Positions 36,997 through 41,527 of a stretch of DNA of 41,527 nt are shown piece by piece (position 1 is the stretch's first letter; each line of letters opens with the position of its first letter). Both the position numbers and the translations under genes were made by a program. The notes beneath the pieces are model-generated. The model saw nothing but the letters and a program-made list of their open reading frames with translations, was not told the origin of the DNA and made no database searches. The stretch spans positions 1-41,527 of the forward strand of contig JASJGK010000209.1 in the NCBI GenBank assembly GCA_033791585.1, in the 5' to 3' direction. This DNA is from SAR324 cluster bacterium (GTDB taxonomy: Bacteria; SAR324; XYD2-FULL-50-16).

Positions 36997-38317
36997 ATTT
37001 TATCCTTTTAGGTAGGGTCATAGTAAATTGAGCACCTTCACTATGATTTTCGGCAATTAAGCGGCCCCCTAATTTTTCGATGATTCCCAAGCTAATGGAA
37101 AGACCAAGCCCTGTGCCCTTACCAACAGGTTTAGTAGTAAAAAATGGCTCCCATATTTTACTCCTATTTTTTTCATCAATTCCCTTTCCCCAGTCTTTAA
37201 CACAAAACCAAATATTCTCATCACTGTTTCCAGCAGAAAGTTCGAGTTGCGCCTGATTTTGGTCTTGCATTTCATCAACGGCATTGATCAAAAGATTTAC
37301 CACGACTTGGTTGATTTCCCCCGGTGGTGCCCACAGGGTAAGGCGCTCTGGCATTTTATCAAGTAGTACTAAGTCCGCCTTACCTTTCACCCAACTGAGC
37401 GCTGTTTTAACAACCTTACAAAGGTCAAATTCAAGGCATTCATTCGTTTGTGTTGAAGAAAATTCTTTTAGACCTGATATGATTTCTTGGATGCGAGCGG
37501 TGCCTTCTAAACTACCTTCAATAAGTGAATTCACATCTTTTAAAATTTTCGCTACAGGCAGGTCTTTTCTTAAATCTTCAATTTGCTCAGCAGAGAAATT
37601 TACTTCCAAACGCTTCAGGTAGCTTTTCATGTGCACCATATAGTTTTTTAAAATATGCACATTGGCATAAACAAAACTAAAGGGGTTATTCATTTCGTGA
37701 GCAACTCCAGCTACAAGCCTACCTAGGCTGGCCATCTTTTCAGAGTGCACCAGTTGCTCTTCTTTTTTTAGTAAATCTTTATGGGTTTTTTCTAGATCTG
37801 AGTAGGCTCGTTGTAACTCACCTATGGGCCGACCAATTAAAACAAGCCCCTCATATTGCCCGTCTGTATCAAACCTTGGGGAACAGTTGATGCTCAATCT
37901 TAAGGGCGCGCCTTCGGTTAAAAGGTCGAGCTTAATATCTTGGTGGTTTTTTCTATTGTTATTCAGGAATTTATGGAGCTTGTTTTGGTCTTTTAACTCA
38001 AAGCAATCTTCTAGTTTTTGGCCTACCAAATCCTTTAAATTGCTGTTTGTGAAGCGCTCAAAAGATTTGTTAACCCTTAATATATTGCCTTCAGCAGAGG
38101 TAACAATTAAAAGATCACTCATGTGCCTTTGGATATTGACCAAAAAATCCCGCGCCTTAGAAAGCTCTTCGTTAGATTCTTCCAGCTCTACTTGGGTATT
38201 AACTAGCTCAACATAAGCTTGGTCAATTTTGTTGATCACTTCAATCCAAACCGACTCCTGCTCAGGAAGCAAATTCATATGGTCAAAATTTTGACCTGGG
38301 TGCTTAATTTCTGTCAT
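36989..38317 (-). CDS. hupT: PAS-domain histidine kinase of the H2 sensor (HupT/HoxJ)
   Basis: N-terminal WIEVI.K.D..Y, PAS domain, SEKMASLGRLVAGVAHEMNNP, PFFTTKPVGKGTGLGL; cytoplasmic; overlaps the hupU start. Confidence 0.92.
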   Translation of the reverse strand: MTEIKHPGQNFDHMNLLPEQESVWIEVINKIDQAYVELVNTQVELEESNEELSKARDFLVNIQRHMSDLLIVTSAEGNILRVNKSFERFTNSNLKDLVGQKLEDCFELKDQNKLHKFLNNNRKNHQDIKLDLLTEGAPLRLSINCSPRFDTDGQYEGLVLIGRPIGELQRAYSDLEKTHKDLLKKEEQLVHSEKMASLGRLVAGVAHEMNNPFSFVYANVHILKNYMVHMKSYLKRLEVNFSAEQIEDLRKDLPVAKILKDVNSLIEGSLEGTARIQEIISGLKEFSSTQTNECLEFDLCKVVKTALSWVKGKADLVLLDKMPERLTLWAPPGEINQVVVNLLINAVDEMQDQNQAQLELSAGNSDENIWFCVKDWGKGIDEKNRSKIWEPFFTTKPVGKGTGLGLSISLGIIEKLGGRLIAENHSEGAQFTMTLPKRIKYE

Positions 38318-38365
38318 GATCAGGGTAGAGAAGGTTGCTTTAAGCTAACTTAGCAAACAGGCTAC

Positions 38366-38423
38366 AAAGGAAGTAGTACTTTGTTACTTCCTTTTATTTT
38401 ATCCTAATGTGAGATTCGGTCAA
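38366..38423 (-). promoter_or_regulatory. sigma70-type promoter of hupTUV with an adjacent inverted repeat
   Basis: Minus strand TTGACC-16 nt-TAAAAT (38423-38396), followed by AAAGGAAGTA-N9-TACTTCCTTT. Confidence 0.5.
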
Positions 38424-38514
38424 CCCATTTAAGGATGAAAAGCAAAGGTAACGAGAAAGTCTGGCCTTATGAAGATCTAAATTAAGGTGAACCCCGCCTT
38501 ACAAGGAGGGGCTG

Positions 38515-40209
38515 CTAGCCTATCTTCAACAATTGATAGAGGAAAATTACATTAAGGGTAAAAAGTAGAAAAGAGGTCCACTTCCAAAATTGCACAGGCT
38601 CCCGCACGATCAAGGGTACTTTTTTACGGATAAAGATAGGGTTCGGGTTTGAAAGATCAAAAAGCAACTCTGAAAAACTTTCATATCTATTTTCAGGTAA
38701 CGGTTGAACTGCTTTTTTTAAACATTCATCCACCCAGATTGGCAAGGCACTATTGTGCTTTCTGGCGCTGGAATATTGGTAGTATTTGTGGGGCTTTGCA
38801 CTTTCCACCTCGCCGTAGGGGAAGTGGTCGGTTAGCATTTGGTAAAGGGTAACGCCAAAAGAGTACATATCTGTTTTTTCACAAGCTTGGTAACCTTCAA
38901 AAAGCTCAGGTGCAATATAGTTGGCAGTACCTTGCACGTCATCTTGGGTCAAAGGGCTATAAATTTCAGTCAAACCTGCCACTTGCACACAACCAAAATC
39001 AATGAGTTTGATCCTACCATGCTCATCAATCATAATGTTCTCAGGTTTAATGTCTTGGTGAACCATATCTTTTCGGTGAAAGCCCCTAAGGCCATCTACA
39101 ACCTGCTTTGCAATGTCTCGCACTTTATTTAAATCAGGCATTGGGTGGTCTAAAATCCACTGCTCCAAAGATTGCCCACTGATAAATTCAGTCACATAAT
39201 ATAAACTGGTTCTAGTTGAGTCTTGGTTTTTTACTGACAATACATGTTTGTTTTTTATTCGCCTGCCCACCCACTCTTCGTGCACAAAGCGTTCAATGTA
39301 GACAGGGTCATCCTCAAAATTTATCGATGGTGTTTTGATCACTACAGTCTCCTCAGTAATTTGGTCTTTCGCCAAATAGACTTGGATTGTGGTGCTTGCG
39401 TGGATCTCTTTTAGGATATGGAAGTGATCAAGTTTATCCCCAATGGAGAGAGGCGGTGGGAAGGGCAGCTTGGAAAGTTGACCCAAAATTTCAAATTCTG
39501 ATTTTACCCCTAGGTCTTCAACTTTAACAATCTGGCAAGTTAGATTGTCGTTACTGCCGCCTTCCAGAGCCATGTTTACAATTTTTTTGGCATTGGCTTC
39601 TAAATCAGGGCTACAAGTTGCTAGATTCACTAGGTTTTTGTCAGATATAAACTCGTGAACTCCGTCAGTGGTGAGGATAAAAACATCCCCCTTTTTGATT
39701 TCTAGTTGAGTAAAATCAACAGTTACAGAGACATCAGCACCCATGGCACGGGCCAAATAGCTCTTTTTTGCATCCACCATAAATGCATGGTCTTTGGTCA
39801 ATTGTTTCAGTTTCCAATCTCGTAAATGATAAATTCTAGAATCCCCTACATGGAAGATATAACCTTGATTTGACTTTAAAATTAACGCCGAAAGTGTAGT
39901 AAGAAAGGCGGTTTCTGACTGGAATTTGTTGGCTTGAGAATAGGCCCAAGAATTGAGAGCTTGGATCACTTTTTCACCTGAATTTCTGGTGGACCAAGAT
40001 TCAGGTGTGGAATAGTAATCAGACAAAAAGCCCAAAACACATTGCTCTGAAGCTTCTTTGCTAGCTTCAGCGCTACCAACCCCGTCGGCAATTACTAAGG
40101 AAATTCCCTTAAAGCCTAGCAGTGGCTCTTCTGGAAATTTGGCACCGCAGGAATCTTCATTTTGTTTTTTGATTCCAGCGTTTGAGTGCTGCCCAATGTT
40201 TACTTTCAT
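38515..40209 (-). CDS. Bifunctional PP2C phosphatase / Hanks-type Ser/Thr kinase with C-terminal TM helix
   Basis: PP2C motifs NED, IADGVG, HVGDSRIY, TDGV, DNLT; kinase motifs VVIK, HQDIKPEN, IDFG, GTANYIAPE. Confidence 0.93.
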   Translation of the reverse strand: MKVNIGQHSNAGIKKQNEDSCGAKFPEEPLLGFKGISLVIADGVGSAEASKEASEQCVLGFLSDYYSTPESWSTRNSGEKVIQALNSWAYSQANKFQSETAFLTTLSALILKSNQGYIFHVGDSRIYHLRDWKLKQLTKDHAFMVDAKKSYLARAMGADVSVTVDFTQLEIKKGDVFILTTDGVHEFISDKNLVNLATCSPDLEANAKKIVNMALEGGSNDNLTCQIVKVEDLGVKSEFEILGQLSKLPFPPPLSIGDKLDHFHILKEIHASTTIQVYLAKDQITEETVVIKTPSINFEDDPVYIERFVHEEWVGRRIKNKHVLSVKNQDSTRTSLYYVTEFISGQSLEQWILDHPMPDLNKVRDIAKQVVDGLRGFHRKDMVHQDIKPENIMIDEHGRIKLIDFGCVQVAGLTEIYSPLTQDDVQGTANYIAPELFEGYQACEKTDMYSFGVTLYQMLTDHFPYGEVESAKPHKYYQYSSARKHNSALPIWVDECLKKAVQPLPENRYESFSELLFDLSNPNPIFIRKKVPLIVREPVQFWKWTSFLLFTLNVIFLYQLLKIG

Positions 40210-40231
40210 CGTAAATATTCTAAAGTAAGAA

Positions 40232-40254
40232 GGCCCCAGATGCTATTTGGGGCC
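40232..40254 (-). terminator. Hairpin with a U-rich tail between the narK-like gene and the kinase
   Basis: Minus strand GGCCCCAAA-TAGCA-TCTGGGGCC followed by TTCTTACTTT. Confidence 0.55.
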
Positions 40255-40262
40255 AAAAGTTT

Positions 40263-41527
40263 TTAAGCGACAGCTATTTTTTCAAATGAACCATCTTCTT
40301 GCTCCTCATAGATATAACCTTTTGGTTCTTCAAGAAAGAGAAAAACGCAAATTGCGGTAAAGGCCGCAGCCGTTGCAATGGTTATAAAGAAAAGACTCGG
40401 TGAAACAAAAGAAAATGTGGTTAGGAATGCAACAGCACCTACGTTTCCATATGCACCAGCCATACCAGCTACCTGACCTGTTAGGCGACGTTTTACCAAG
40501 GGAACCATGGCAAAAACAGCACCTTCACCAGCCTGCACAAAGAAAGAGCAAGACATTGTTACCATCACAGCTACCACAATTGGCCATTCAGGTGTAATTT
40601 GAGCCATCAAACTATAACCAACCATGAGGCCAACCAAAAAGATCAACATGGTTTTTCTTCGCCCATAGCGGTCAGAAATAATACCACCGCCTGGCCTGGC
40701 AATTAAATTCATAAATGCGAAACCAGAGGCAAGCAAGCCCGCTGTGGTTTGGCTTACCCCAAATGTATCTTTAAAAAACAAAGGTAACATAGAGATAACA
40801 GCCAACTCAGAGCCAAAAGTAACCAAATAAGCTAGATCTAAAATCGCAACTTGCTTAAATTTGTAGCGTTGCATTTCAGCTACAGGCTTGGCACCTGGTG
40901 CAAAAAGGCCGCGGTTGACACGATAAATCTGTGCCACTTGGTAGAAGTACAAAACAGCTAAACCAATGTAAATAGAAAGACTTTCACCCGCGTTGAAAAG
41001 ACCAACGTTAACAGGGGAAAGCTTCCAGTTTAATAAGCCTAGGGTCAAATAAAGTGGCATAGTCATAATAGTGTACAAATAGAAGTCGCCTTTACTGGTT
41101 ACTTCCATAGCACCCATTGACTTAGGCTTGAAATAGGTTGTCCCCTTTGGATTATCTCGGACGGCATAATAAAAATAAAAGGAATAAACCAAAGCCATTG
41201 CACCTGTTGTGGCTACAGCATATCTCCAGCCCTCAGGGCCACCAAAATATAAAGCTAAACTAGGTAAAGTCATAGCTGCAAAGGCAGAACCGAAGTTACC
41301 CCAGCCACCGTAAATACCTTCTGCGGTACCAACTTGTTTAGCTGGAAACCATTCTGCAACAAGACGAATTCCAATTACAAAGCCAGCACCTACAAAACCT
41401 AATAAAAAGCGGTATAAAGCAAGCATTTCAAAAGAATCAGCTGAGGCGAATAAAAAACATAAAATACTAGATATGGCTAAAAGCAAAGAATACATGATTC
41501 TTGGCCCAAATCTATCTACTAGCATCC
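40263..41527 (-). CDS. narK: NarK/NasA family nitrate/nitrite MFS transporter (5' end outside the window)
   Basis: DRFGPR, nitrate signatures [12 protein letters not shown] and [27 protein letters not shown]. Confidence 0.93.
   Translation of the reverse strand, partial: MLVDRFGPRIMYSLLLAISSILCFLFASADSFEMLALYRFLLGFVGAGFVIGIRLVAEWFPAKQVGTAEGIYGGWGNFGSAFAAMTLPSLALYFGGPEGWRYAVATTGAMALVYSFYFYYAVRDNPKGTTYFKPKSMGAMEVTSKGDFYLYTIMTMPLYLTLGLLNWKLSPVNVGLFNAGESLSIYIGLAVLYFYQVAQIYRVNRGLFAPGAKPVAEMQRYKFKQVAILDLAYLVTFGSELAVISMLPLFFKDTFGVSQTTAGLLASGFAFMNLIARPGGGIISDRYGRRKTMLIFLVGLMVGYSLMAQITPEWPIVVAVMVTMSCSFFVQAGEGAVFAMVPLVKRRLTGQVAGMAGAYGNVGAVAFLTTFSFVSPSLFFITIATAAAFTAICVFLFLEEPKGYIYEEQEDGSFEKIAVA

Overview
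AT-rich chromosomal DNA of a Gram-negative bacterium (LPS heptosyltransferase-like gene, several beta-barrel proteins); the taxon cannot be fixed from sequence alone. 1-15.4 kb is mostly housekeeping: the start of an Act/Qrc-type respiratory operon (pentahaem cytochrome c plus Tat-exported molybdopterin-oxidoreductase-like subunit), EcsC, GT9, two paralogous barrels, a C-N hydrolase, pckA, a Ham1 pyrophosphatase, coaD, a degenerate old-yellow-enzyme homologue, an RNB nuclease, yggT, a porin, TerB, tRNA-Val and tRNA-Asp. After tRNA-Asp lies a redox module: LysR, two near-identical 39-aa desulforedoxin-like genes missed by the ORF track, a glutathionyl-hydroquinone reductase and a CDGSH/glutamate-synthase-like protein, then a decayed gene. 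21.2-38.4 kb is a self-contained H2-oxidation locus: hoxA/hupR, a sigma54 promoter with tandem palindromic enhancer sites, a His-rich mini membrane peptide, hypB, a group 1d-like [NiFe] hydrogenase (6-Cys proximal cluster) with cytochrome b and protease, hypFCE, a hypX split in two, hypDA, and a convergent H2-sensor operon (hupT/hoxJ-hupU-hupV). The window ends with a PP2C-Ser/Thr kinase fusion and a NarK-type transporter. The best leads are the split HypX, the mini HupE-like peptide, the readable HoxA operator architecture, the missing hoxLOQRTV genes, the tandem desulforedoxins and the OYE pseudo-enzyme. All assignments come from motif recognition by eye; no searches were run.
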